Shown here: positions 18,584 through 27,404 of the stretch, piece after piece
How the letters are laid out: each line of letters begins with the position of its first letter
How positions within the stretch are numbered: the first letter of the stretch is position 1
Assembly (NCBI GenBank): GCA_944388075.1
Contig: CALXHI010000008.1
Coordinates: 33,334-97,333 of the forward strand
DNA length: 64,000 nucleotides
DNA from: an uncultured Clostridia bacterium
Lineage (GTDB): Bacteria > Bacillota > Clostridia > Oscillospirales > Ruminococcaceae
Direction: 5' to 3'
The notes under the pieces: generated by a model
The model's database searches: none
Seen by the model: only the letters and a program-made list of their open reading frames with translations
What the model was told of the DNA's origin: nothing
Position numbers and translations under genes: made by a program

Positions 18584-18613
18584 TTGACAAGCACTAAACT
18601 TATCTGCTATAAT
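18584..18613 (+). promoter_or_regulatory. sigma-A type promoter of the XRE regulator
   Basis: TTGACA, 18 nt spacer, TATAAT, with TGc extended -10. Confidence 0.55.
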
Positions 18614-18644
18614 GAGGTAACGACACAGCAAGGAGTGAAAAACT

Positions 18645-19169
18645 ATGGCAATCGGTGAAAGAATCCGTTTTATACGCAACCTGCGTGGTATGACGCAGAA
18701 GTGGCTTGGTCAAGCCGTGGGATTCCCACAAAAGACCGCCGATGTTCGCATGGCTCAATATGAGTCCGGCTCCAGAACGCCCAAAGAGGACTTGGTAAAG
18801 GCTCTTGCGAATGTGCTGGAGGTTTCACCTTTGGCACTGAGCATCCCCGACATTGACAGCAATCTTGGCTTTATCCATACCTTGTTTGCTATCGAGGACA
18901 TTCACGGCGTTAGAGCCGAGAAGCAGGGTGATGAAGTACATATCGTATTTGATGGCAGCAAGCGGACGATGGATGAGTCTATCTTTACAATGCTTTCTGC
19001 ATGGGCTGACCAAGCTGAGAAGTACAGAAACGGCGAAATCAGCAAGGAGCAGTATGACCAGTGGCGTTATACATTCCCTGCACAGGACACCACCCAGCGT
19101 TGGGCGAAAGTTCCCTCGCAGGAACTCAGCGATATGCTTGTGGAAGCTCTCAAAGCCGAGGACAAGTAA
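18645..19169 (+). CDS. XRE-family HTH transcriptional regulator
   Basis: N-terminal IGERIRFIRNLRGMTQKWLGQAVG HTH_3-type motif followed by a ~100-aa C-terminal domain. SD AAGGAG is upstream. Confidence 0.75.
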   Translation: MAIGERIRFIRNLRGMTQKWLGQAVGFPQKTADVRMAQYESGSRTPKEDLVKALANVLEVSPLALSIPDIDSNLGFIHTLFAIEDIHGVRAEKQGDEVHIVFDGSKRTMDESIFTMLSAWADQAEKYRNGEISKEQYDQWRYTFPAQDTTQRWAKVPSQELSDMLVEALKAEDK

Positions 19170-19270
19170 TTGCCCCTCTACCTATAAGCCGTTCTCAGAG
19201 GCGATTGGCTACCGATTTTTGAAAAATTCACAAAAATTTTTATCGCCACCGACAACTGAACAACGAAAAA

Positions 19271-19316
19271 AAGAGCTAACTGACTTCCTAAAAAATCAGT
19301 TAGCTCTTTGCTTTAT
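19271..19316. terminator. bidirectional intrinsic terminator (XRE gene and guaA)
   Basis: 13-bp stem AAGAGCTAACTGA / TCAGTTAGCTCTT, flanked by an A-run and a T-run. Confidence 0.65.
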
Positions 19317-19413
19317 TCTTTTGATAATACAAATTATGTTGCCATTTTGTTGCCACTGCAAGGCAAAATCACGACTTTTACGGCTCTACAGCCGAGAAAG
19401 TGACTTCGTGAAA

Positions 19414-20967
19414 TCACTCCCACTCAATCGTTGCCGGCGGCTTTGTGGTGATATCGTAGACCACACGATTGATATGCTTGACCTCGTTCACAATACGGCT
19501 CGAGCAGGTTGCCAACACGTCAAACGGAATGCGGGAGAACTCTGCCGTCATGAAATCGGTTGTTTCCACGGCACGGAGTGCGAGCGTATAGTCATAAGTG
19601 CGGAAATCGCCCATAACGCCAACCGAACGGTTATTGGTCAGCACGGCGAAATACTGATTCGTGGTACGGTCGAGTCCTGCTTTGGCAATCTCCTCCCGGA
19701 AAATCCAGTCGGCATCTTGCAAAATCTCGAGCTTTTCATCGGTAATTTCCCCGATAATGCGAATGGCAAGACCCGGACCCGGGAACGGCTGCCGCCATAC
19801 CAAAGTGTCAGACAAGCCCAATTCCTGACCCAATTTCCGGGTTTCGTCCTTGAACAGCATCCGCAAAGGCTCGATAATTTCCTTAAAATCTACGCAATCC
19901 GGCAAACCGCCGACATTGTGGTGAGACTTGATCGTTGCGGCATCACCGGCACCGGACTCAATGACGTCCGGATAAATCGTGCCCTGTGCAAGGAAGTCAA
20001 CCTTGCCGATTTTCTTTGCCTCTTCCTCGAACACACGGATAAATTCCGCTCCGATGGTCTTGCGCTTGGTTTCGGGATCGGAAACACCACGCAGCTTTTC
20101 CATAAACCGTTCCTTGGCATTGACACGGACAAAGTTGATGTCCCAGCCACGAAATGCCTCCTCGACCTCGTCTCCCTCATGTTTACGCATAAAGCCATGG
20201 TCAACGAAAATGCAAGTCAGCTGCTTACCGATTGCTTTCGAGAGCAAAGCACAAAGTACCGAGCTATCGACACCACCCGACAATGCCAGCAGCACCTTGC
20301 CGTCGCCGACACGAGACTGGATCTCGCGAATTGCCGTACCTGCGTAATTTTGCATTGTCCAGTCACCGGTACAGCCGCAAACATTCTTGACAAAGCTGTC
20401 CAGCATTGCCACGCCATACTCGGTATGGTTGACCTCCGGGTGGAACTGCACCGCATAGAGCTTTTTCTCCGGATTTTCCATCGCCGCAACCGGGCAATGT
20501 GCCGTATGTGCAACGGAACGGAAGCCCTCAGGCAGCTCGGAAACGTAATCGGTATGGCTCATCCAAGAGATTGCGGTTTCCGGCATATCACCTGTACCAA
20601 ACAGAACGCAGGACTTATCATACTGCGTTTCTGTTTTGCCGTACTCGGAAATCACGCAGCCGGAAACCTTGCCGCCCAGTATATGCGCCATCAGATGCGA
20701 GCCATAGCAAATACCCAAAATCGGAATGCCCAGCTCAAACAAAGCCTGATCAACCGTCGGCGCATTCTCGCCATAGACGCTCTGCGGGCCGCCGGTGAAG
20801 ATAATACCCATCGGTTTCATCTCGGCAATTTCCGCAACCGAAATGCGATTGAACGGTTTGACCTCACAATACACATTACACTCACGCACACGTCTGGCGA
20901 TCAGCTGGTTATACTGCCCGCCGAAATCCAAAATCAAGACCATCTGCTGCTTGCATTCTGTATTCAT
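19414..20967 (-). CDS. guaA: GMP synthase (glutamine-hydrolysing)
   Basis: GATase domain ([12 protein letters not shown]), ATP-pyrophosphatase P-loop SGGVDSSV, C-terminal ...PPATIEWE. Confidence 0.95.
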   Translation of the reverse strand: MNTECKQQMVLILDFGGQYNQLIARRVRECNVYCEVKPFNRISVAEIAEMKPMGIIFTGGPQSVYGENAPTVDQALFELGIPILGICYGSHLMAHILGGKVSGCVISEYGKTETQYDKSCVLFGTGDMPETAISWMSHTDYVSELPEGFRSVAHTAHCPVAAMENPEKKLYAVQFHPEVNHTEYGVAMLDSFVKNVCGCTGDWTMQNYAGTAIREIQSRVGDGKVLLALSGGVDSSVLCALLSKAIGKQLTCIFVDHGFMRKHEGDEVEEAFRGWDINFVRVNAKERFMEKLRGVSDPETKRKTIGAEFIRVFEEEAKKIGKVDFLAQGTIYPDVIESGAGDAATIKSHHNVGGLPDCVDFKEIIEPLRMLFKDETRKLGQELGLSDTLVWRQPFPGPGLAIRIIGEITDEKLEILQDADWIFREEIAKAGLDRTTNQYFAVLTNNRSVGVMGDFRTYDYTLALRAVETTDFMTAEFSRIPFDVLATCSSRIVNEVKHINRVVYDITTKPPATIEWE

Positions 20968-21066
20968 TACCGGAATTCCTTTCTGTTATGCGCATCTCAT
21001 TCTCTTTTCACAAGTATGCCACACAAAGCACACCGCTTCGACTATTATTTTAGGTTTAGGCGACAC

Positions 21067-21220
21067 CGCACAAAGATTGTGCGTCAGATGCGCCGTCGAT
21101 TTTTCGTCAGATGAAACAAAAAGCGCAGGGAATACTCTGTGTATTCCCGAGTATTTTTGTAAAATATGACGAAAAATCGCAAGCAGATGGCGTGCAAAGC
21201 CATCAGGCGGTCTTTGTGCG
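21067..21220 (-). promoter_or_regulatory. structured guaA leader: nested inverted repeats around a terminator-like hairpin
   Basis: 10-bp pairing 21067-21076 / 21211-21220, 13-bp pairing 21096-21108 / 21167-21179, and central hairpin GGGAATAC/GTATTCCC at 21128-21148 with a T-run offset by 5 nt. Confidence 0.4.
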
Positions 21221-21231
21221 CTGTTGCCTTT

Positions 21232-21260
21232 ATTATACCACACGAACGCAAGCCTGTCAA
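21232..21260 (-). promoter_or_regulatory. sigma-A type promoter of guaA
   Basis: On the minus strand: TTGACA, 17 nt spacer, TATAAT, directly after the spoIID stop. Confidence 0.6.
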
Positions 21261-21263
21261 GCA

Positions 21264-22286
21264 CTATTCTGTGAATTGACGGCATAAGGTCGCTGTCGGA
21301 TAGTAGTGCAGTAAAATCGTTTCGTAGGTTTCACCCGCCTTTGCCATCGCATTGGCACCATATTGACTCATGCCGACGCCGTGACCATAGCCTTTGGTGG
21401 TAAACGAAAACTGTCCGTCCGCATAGGTTACCGTAAAACATGCTGAACGCAATCCCAAAGCCGTACGCAATTCCTGTCCGCTCATCGTATCACTGCCAAC
21501 CGAAATACTCAAAACCGTACCCACACCGCTGACCGTGCGAATCCGCAACCATTCTGCCGGATCATCTGAAAATTCCGTATTGGGATTGTCCTGCCATATT
21601 CTCGTTTTCACCTCGTCGGGTGACAGCGTAACCGTTTCGGAATAGGCCGGAACTGCGGTATCACTTTCCGAATCTACCGATACCAGGTAGCTCAATGCCG
21701 TACCCCAAATTGCTTCCGCAGATTCTGTTTTTCCCGAAGAAATCGCATGAAACGCCGCTACGATCGGCTCATCGTTATAGTACAGCAGCTCGTCCGCTAC
21801 CGCATCAACCGCTGCTGCGACCTTGCCATAGCGTTCCTCGAACGCATCTCCATAGGCTTCCCGAATCTGTTCTTGTGTGTAGAATGCCTGATATACGGCA
21901 CTGTCATTGGAAAAATCTGCGTTCTGTAAATTCGCATTCGGGTTGGCTTGATTTTGCAGGCGAATGCGTTCGGCATAGGTATGTGCCGCTACCGCCTGCG
22001 CCTTAAGTGCCTCTGTTTCAAAGGATGTCGGCATCTCCGCACAGACAACGCCGATCAGATAGTCCCGTACCGAAACCTCCAACACCTCGCCCGTCTTACA
22101 ATCCAATACCCGATAACAATTTTCCAAATTTGCCGTATCCGCTTGTGAATTGATATTCGACGCCGCAGACTCCGGTGTCGATGCAGCCGCATCGGCAGCA
22201 TCGGCTTGCCGTGTCACCAAGATACTCATCGGCAGCAACAGCATTGCCAATGCCGCTCCCAGATAGAATCGCCATTCCGTTCGCAT
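21264..22286 (-). CDS. spoIID: SpoIID/LytB-domain protein (stage II sporulation protein D-like lytic transglycosylase)
   Basis: Signal/anchor helix, then AQAVAAHTYA, AAFHAISSGKTE, GHGVGMSQYGA motifs. Confidence 0.8.
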   Translation of the reverse strand: MRTEWRFYLGAALAMLLLPMSILVTRQADAADAAASTPESAASNINSQADTANLENCYRVLDCKTGEVLEVSVRDYLIGVVCAEMPTSFETEALKAQAVAAHTYAERIRLQNQANPNANLQNADFSNDSAVYQAFYTQEQIREAYGDAFEERYGKVAAAVDAVADELLYYNDEPIVAAFHAISSGKTESAEAIWGTALSYLVSVDSESDTAVPAYSETVTLSPDEVKTRIWQDNPNTEFSDDPAEWLRIRTVSGVGTVLSISVGSDTMSGQELRTALGLRSACFTVTYADGQFSFTTKGYGHGVGMSQYGANAMAKAGETYETILLHYYPTATLCRQFTE

Positions 22287-22365
22287 ATGTTCCTCCTTTT
22301 CTGTGGATTTTCAAGCCGATTTTGCTTCCATTGTCCCTAAAATGAAAAACTATGCAAAATTTCCA

Positions 22366-22394
22366 TTGACAGCCTGCGAAAAAGACGGTATAAT
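22366..22394 (+). promoter_or_regulatory. sigma-A type promoter
   Basis: TTGACA, 17 nt spacer, TATAAT. Confidence 0.55.
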
Positions 22395-22458
22395 ATCAAT
22401 AGTAGCATGCAAAAAACGGATGATACCAATATGGCAATGAAAGGACGCTGATGAGAAA

Positions 22459-23817
22459 ATGGCAAACAATTCCGAGCTCATTCACAGCCTATGCGAGGGA
22501 CTGCGAGAGTATGCGCAAATTGACCCGAGGCTTTTTGAAAAATATCAGGTAAATCGCGGCTTGCGCCGCTCTGACGGCACAGGTGTGGTCGCAGGCATTA
22601 CCAAAATCTGTAACGTACACGGCTATGTGCTGAACGAGGGCGAACTCGAAGCCATCCCCGGTGAACTGATCTACCGCGGCTACCAGATTACCGACTTGGT
22701 CGAAAATGTGGAAAAGGAAAACCGCTACGGCTACGAGGAAACTGCCTATCTGCTCTTGTTCGGAAAACTGCCGACCGCACAGCAGCTTGCAGAATTCCGT
22801 CAGCTGATGGCAGAGAACAGAGAACTGCCATCGGATTTCTTTGTGGACATGATTGCCAAAGCACCGTCTAACAACATCATGAACAAGCTGGCTCGTTCGG
22901 TGCTGGTGCTGTATTCCTATGACCCCTACTGCGAGGAGCGAACACTCGAAAATGAAATGCGCATCGCCATTTCCATGATCGCACGTCTGCCGGTTATCAT
23001 GACTCGTGCCTATCAGGTCAAGCGCAAGCATTTCGACAACGAAAGCATGATCATTCATCCGCTGCGGGATGAGGAAAGCAATGCACAGACCATTCTCTCC
23101 CTGCTCCGTCCGGACAGAAAATATACCGAGGAAGAAGCACATCTGCTCGATGTCTGCATGATGCTGCAAGCCGAACACGGCGGCGGTAACAACTCCGCAT
23201 TCGCCTGCCGTGTGCTGACCTCCTCCGGCACGGATCCGTATGCCGCCTATTCCGCTGCCATCGGTGCGCTAAAAGGGCATCGTCACGGCGGTGCGAATCT
23301 CAAAGTCGCACAGCAACTCGATTTGTTCAAACAGAATATCGCCAATCCCGCAAACGAGGGCGAAGTCGCCGACTTCATCCGCAAGGTGCTCCGCAAGGAA
23401 GCCGGCGACGGTGCCGGGTTGATTTACGGTATGGGGCATGCGGTCTATACGCTCTCCGATCCGAGAGCCATTCTGCTGCGGGAAAAGGCATCTGAACTGG
23501 CGAAAAATACCGAGTATGAAGCCGATTTTCATCTGCTCGAAACGATCGAGCGTCTGACACCGGAGCTGCTCGCTGAAAAATCCCCTCGTGCAGCCTCCAA
23601 GCGTGTTTGTGCCAATGTCGATATGTATTCCGGTCTGGTTTACCGTATGCTGCAAATTCCCGATGAGCTGTTCACGCCGATGTTTGCGGTTTCCCGTATC
23701 GCCGGATGGGCAGCCCACCGCATCGAGGAACTCCTGACCGGCGGACGCATCATTCGGCCGGCTTATAAATCGATCACCAAAACCGTCCCCTATGTCCCGA
23801 TCGACGAACGGAAATGA
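22459..23817 (+). CDS. citrate synthase
   Basis: Citrate synthase colinearity, with EHGGGNNS and GMGHAVYTLSDPRA active-site regions. Confidence 0.85.
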   Translation: MANNSELIHSLCEGLREYAQIDPRLFEKYQVNRGLRRSDGTGVVAGITKICNVHGYVLNEGELEAIPGELIYRGYQITDLVENVEKENRYGYEETAYLLLFGKLPTAQQLAEFRQLMAENRELPSDFFVDMIAKAPSNNIMNKLARSVLVLYSYDPYCEERTLENEMRIAISMIARLPVIMTRAYQVKRKHFDNESMIIHPLRDEESNAQTILSLLRPDRKYTEEEAHLLDVCMMLQAEHGGGNNSAFACRVLTSSGTDPYAAYSAAIGALKGHRHGGANLKVAQQLDLFKQNIANPANEGEVADFIRKVLRKEAGDGAGLIYGMGHAVYTLSDPRAILLREKASELAKNTEYEADFHLLETIERLTPELLAEKSPRAASKRVCANVDMYSGLVYRMLQIPDELFTPMFAVSRIAGWAAHRIEELLTGGRIIRPAYKSITKTVPYVPIDERK

Positions 23818-25169
23818 TACACGCAATCCGAAGCCTTGTGTGCGGAATTGCCATGCTGGCACTGCTCTCAACGGACTTGACCGGCTGCCATTTCTCTGCC
23901 AATGTCGAAACCATGCTCTCCTCACCTCGCCTGACGCAGGAACAAGAACAGATTTATCGTGCGCTGGAACGTGCAGTCGGATCGAGCATCAACCTCAAAT
24001 ATCCCAACAGCGGTGACCGTCTTTCCGCCTTTACGGTCGAGGATTTAGACGGTGACGGCAGCAATGAAGCCATTGTGTTCTATGAAACGCCCAAAGCATC
24101 CGCAGAGGAAAATGCGTTGCGTTTTTACCTGCTCGACCAACAGGAAAACGGCAATTGGCGTGCGGTTTCCAATCACTCGACTGCCGGTGCAGAGGTGGAA
24201 TGTGTGAGGATCGAACGCCTCGGAAATCACAGCCGCACCAATCTCATCATCGGCTACAGCATGGTGGACGGTGCCGAGCATACCGCCGAGGTATTCCATT
24301 ACGAAAACAACTCTCTGGTTCGCACGCTCTCCGTACCCTATACACACATGGATGTGCGAGATTTGAGCGGCGACGGCAACGAAGAACTGCTGCTGATTAC
24401 CGCTGCCTCCCATACAACGGCTGCCATGGCATCGGTCTATGCACTCGATGCCACCGGCACATACTATCAATCGCAGCTGGCACTCAGCAATGCCTATACC
24501 GAAATCGCACAGGTAGCATACGGCAGTCTGCCCGGACTTGCAGCCGGTATGCAGGCTGTCTATATCGACGGTTTGACCGGTGCGACCACGCTTCAAACCG
24601 AAATTCTCACCTACTGCGACCATATGCTCTCCCTCTACTACAAAGATAGTGTTGAGCAGCTCTCGACCGCTCGCCCGGCAGGACTGCTCACCACCGATAT
24701 CGATGGAGATGGCGAGCTGGAAATCCCGATACAGACCTTGTTCTACGGCTATTCCTCCAATGCAACCGGCGAAACGCCTTCTGTGTTTATGACCAACTGG
24801 TACGGCTGCCGCAACGGCGTGCTGATGCGAAAGGCATCGTCCTATTGCTCTGTGAGCGACGGCTTTGCATTTCGACTGCCGCAGCATTGGGAAAAACGAG
24901 TGACCGTCTGTATCGAACAGCAAGAGTTGGTATTCTACGCACTCAACAACAGCGAAAAAACAGAGGACGGCTTCCCCGATACCGGTGCAGCGTTACTGCG
25001 TATCGCAATTGAACACGATCCGGTTGCCGCCTCCACGATGGAGGAGGAAGGATATCTGCTCTTGCGCCGTGAAAACGGTATCTCTTATCTCGCCAAAATC
25101 GAAGCAAAAACCGGTTCGCTTGCCATCAGTCGCAGCGACCTGCTGTTTGCATTCACCTATTTCACATAA
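23814..25169 (+). CDS. lipoprotein with three FG-GAP/VCBS-like Ca-binding repeats, function unknown
   Basis: Lipobox LTGC. Repeats DLDGDGSNEAIVFY, DLSGDGNEELLLI, DIDGDGELEIPI. ATGA overlap with the citrate synthase stop. Confidence 0.6.
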   Translation: MIHAIRSLVCGIAMLALLSTDLTGCHFSANVETMLSSPRLTQEQEQIYRALERAVGSSINLKYPNSGDRLSAFTVEDLDGDGSNEAIVFYETPKASAEENALRFYLLDQQENGNWRAVSNHSTAGAEVECVRIERLGNHSRTNLIIGYSMVDGAEHTAEVFHYENNSLVRTLSVPYTHMDVRDLSGDGNEELLLITAASHTTAAMASVYALDATGTYYQSQLALSNAYTEIAQVAYGSLPGLAAGMQAVYIDGLTGATTLQTEILTYCDHMLSLYYKDSVEQLSTARPAGLLTTDIDGDGELEIPIQTLFYGYSSNATGETPSVFMTNWYGCRNGVLMRKASSYCSVSDGFAFRLPQHWEKRVTVCIEQQELVFYALNNSEKTEDGFPDTGAALLRIAIEHDPVAASTMEEEGYLLLRRENGISYLAKIEAKTGSLAISRSDLLFAFTYFT

Positions 25170-25243
25170 GACAGGCACGCCCGTACAAAGCCAATACAGG
25201 GGCATTCCTACGGCGCTGCCCCAAGGAGAAGGAAGGTATCCAC

Positions 25244-25957
25244 ATGAAACGTGTACTCGTTTGCGAAGATGAAGAAGTCATTCGCGATTTTGTCGTCATC
25301 AACCTAAAGCGTGCCGGCTATGACGTCGTTGATGTCAACTGCGGCGAAGACGCCCTGCGGCGGTTTGAGCAGGAACAGGGTAATTTCGATGTCGTGTTAC
25401 TCGATATCATGATGCCGGGCATTGACGGCTTTACCGTCTGCAAACGCCTGCGGGAACAATCTTCCACCATCGGTATTATCATGCTGACCGCAAAAGCACA
25501 GGAAATGGATAAGGTCAACGGTCTGATGATCGGTGCCGATGACTATATCACAAAGCCCTTTGCGCCATCGGAGCTGACCGCCCGTGTGGACGCCATCTAC
25601 CGCCGTGTCTGCATGGGCTATATGAAGCCCGAAAAGGCGACCGTGCTGGAATCCGGGCCGTTCGTGCTCAACCGCAAAAGCCGTACCATTACCAAAAACG
25701 GTGTGCCCATCGAGCTGACACAGGTCGAATACCAAATTCTCGAGTATTTCCTCAACAATAAAAATACTGCACTTGACCGTGCCAGCATTCTTGCCAATAT
25801 CTGGGGCGAATCCTATTATGGTGATGACAAGATCGTCGATGTCAACATTCGCCGCATTCGCATGAAGATCGAGGACGAGCCGTCCAATCCCCAATACATT
25901 ACGACCATTTGGGGCTATGGCTACAAATGGGAGGAGAATCCCGATGCCCGCCACTAA
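25244..25957 (+). CDS. OmpR/PhoB-family response regulator
   Basis: Receiver domain (DVVLLDIMMPGIDG, LTAK) and winged-helix output (LTQVEYQILEYF, WGYGYKW). Confidence 0.9.
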   Translation: MKRVLVCEDEEVIRDFVVINLKRAGYDVVDVNCGEDALRRFEQEQGNFDVVLLDIMMPGIDGFTVCKRLREQSSTIGIIMLTAKAQEMDKVNGLMIGADDYITKPFAPSELTARVDAIYRRVCMGYMKPEKATVLESGPFVLNRKSRTITKNGVPIELTQVEYQILEYFLNNKNTALDRASILANIWGESYYGDDKIVDVNIRRIRMKIEDEPSNPQYITTIWGYGYKWEENPDARH

Positions 25958-25963
25958 TGCCGC

Positions 25964-27379
25964 ATGAAGCATAAGAAAACCATTACACGCCGCTGGATGA
26001 TCAACAATCTCAGCATTATCGTGTTGATTCTGCTTGTCATCGAATTGGCACTCATCTATGCGGTACAGTCCTATTTTTACAGCTCTGCACGCCAATATCT
26101 GGTGTCCAAGCTCAATGCGGTCAACGGCGTTCTCACACGCTATGCCGCAGACAGCGGTGCCGGTCTCAATGCCGAATTGCGCAGTACGCTCGAGAGCTTT
26201 TCCGATAAAGATAAAATGGAACTGATGGCGATCAACTATGACGGAGAGGTTGTGCTGACCTCCTCCGGATTTGCGCCGGAATCCGTTACCATCATGACCG
26301 ACTATGACGATGCGATGGAACAGAATACCTATGGCTATGCCATGCGGCGCACAGCCAATGGTGAACGCATTCTCGCCGTTTCCTACCCCATCACCGCCAT
26401 CAGCACGGAATACAGTGCTATTCGTGTGGTCACCTCACTCGATGCCATTGATGCCTCGATTACCACATTCATCATTGCCGTGAGCATGATTGCCATTGCC
26501 ATTCTGCTGCTGCTCGGCTTGTCGGGCTTCTATTTCATCGACTCGATCATTACGCCGATTCGGGAAATCAATGCCACAACCGAAAAATTCGCAAAAGGAG
26601 ATTTCTCCTCTCGTATCCAACAGGAGAGCGAAGACGAAATCGGTACGCTCTGCCGCAGCATCAACCATATGGCAGACGAACTCTCGAATGCGGATGCCAT
26701 GAAGAATGAATTTATCAGCTCCGTTTCCCATGAGCTGCGGACACCCTTGACCGCCATCAAAGGCTGGGCGGAAACGCTGACCGCAGGCGGTGATGCCGAA
26801 ACCATGCAGAAAGGTCTGCATGTCATTGTCGGCGAAACCGAACGGCTCTCTCGTATGGTCGAAGAGCTGCTCGATTTCTCCCGTATGCAAAATGGCCGTT
26901 TTACCATGCAAAAAGCAACCATGGACGTGCTGGCAGAGCTGGGGGATGCAGTGCTGATTTACCTCGAACGTGCAAAACAGGACGGCATTCATATCATCTA
27001 TGAAGAGCCGGAAATGCTGCCCTTTGTCTATGGCGACAAGAACCGCATTCGTCAGGTGTTCATCAACATCATCGACAATGCCATCAAATACTCTGACCGA
27101 GGCGGGCTGGTCGAAATCCGTGCCGACGCACCCGATGCCGATACCGTCCGTATCGTCGTTCAAGACCATGGCTGCGGCATCAAGGCTTCCGATTTGCCAA
27201 AGGTCAAAACAAAATTCTATAAGCCCAATCACACCCGCCGAGGCTCCGGCATCGGACTTGCCGTTGCGGATGAGATTATCGCTATGCACCACGGTACCCT
27301 CGAAATCGAAAGCGAGGAGCAGGTCGGTACCACCGTTACCATCACCCTACCCGCACAGAGCGAAGCTGTGGATGCCTAA
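25964..27379 (+). CDS. sensor histidine kinase (2 TM, HAMP, HisKA, HATPase_c)
   Basis: H-box SHELRTPLTAI, N-box IIDNAIKYS, G-boxes DHGCGI and GSGIGLAV. Confidence 0.9.
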   Translation: MKHKKTITRRWMINNLSIIVLILLVIELALIYAVQSYFYSSARQYLVSKLNAVNGVLTRYAADSGAGLNAELRSTLESFSDKDKMELMAINYDGEVVLTSSGFAPESVTIMTDYDDAMEQNTYGYAMRRTANGERILAVSYPITAISTEYSAIRVVTSLDAIDASITTFIIAVSMIAIAILLLLGLSGFYFIDSIITPIREINATTEKFAKGDFSSRIQQESEDEIGTLCRSINHMADELSNADAMKNEFISSVSHELRTPLTAIKGWAETLTAGGDAETMQKGLHVIVGETERLSRMVEELLDFSRMQNGRFTMQKATMDVLAELGDAVLIYLERAKQDGIHIIYEEPEMLPFVYGDKNRIRQVFINIIDNAIKYSDRGGLVEIRADAPDADTVRIVVQDHGCGIKASDLPKVKTKFYKPNHTRRGSGIGLAVADEIIAMHHGTLEIESEEQVGTTVTITLPAQSEAVDA

Positions 27380-27404
27380 ACCCATTTCCCGAAAGGATGA
27401 AACC

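Larger units (their letters stand above)
16620..19413. mobile_element. decayed integrative element remnant at the 3' end of guaA (Tn916/Tn5801-like int-xis module, not intact)
   Basis: Visibly AT-rich block between GC-richer core genes. It contains an integrase N-terminal fragment, an excisionase-like HTH gene, an XRE regulator and a frameshifted cargo ORF. Boundaries are approximate. Confidence 0.6.

Noticed and set aside
19321-19413. Possible att site or direct repeat of the guaA 3' end marking the element boundary
   Set aside because: By eye I found only short imperfect repeats (GTTGCCATTTTGTTGCCAC; GTGA...TCAC), and no matching copy near 16620-16740. A boundary call needs comparison with an empty site.
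18853-21114. 753-aa ORF on the plus strand spanning the guaA region
   Set aside because: It lies exactly antisense to the unmistakable guaA gene and runs on through intergenic sequence. Its translation is Arg/Cys/His-rich and non-protein-like, with no SD. It is a shadow ORF caused by codon bias.
20968-21231. Classical guanine/adenine (purine) riboswitch upstream of guaA
   Set aside because: I looked for the conserved junction and loop sequences (UAUGG, UUUCUACC, ACCGUAAAU, GACUAUG type) on the minus strand and found none. The structure is reported instead as an unexplained leader.
26970-27404. Long N-terminal extension of the DUF1385 ORF (552-aa version)
   Set aside because: The extension overlaps the last 410 nt of the histidine kinase gene in another frame and is Ser/Pro/Arg-rich. 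A good SD and ATG at 27405 yield the conserved DUF1385 N-terminus.
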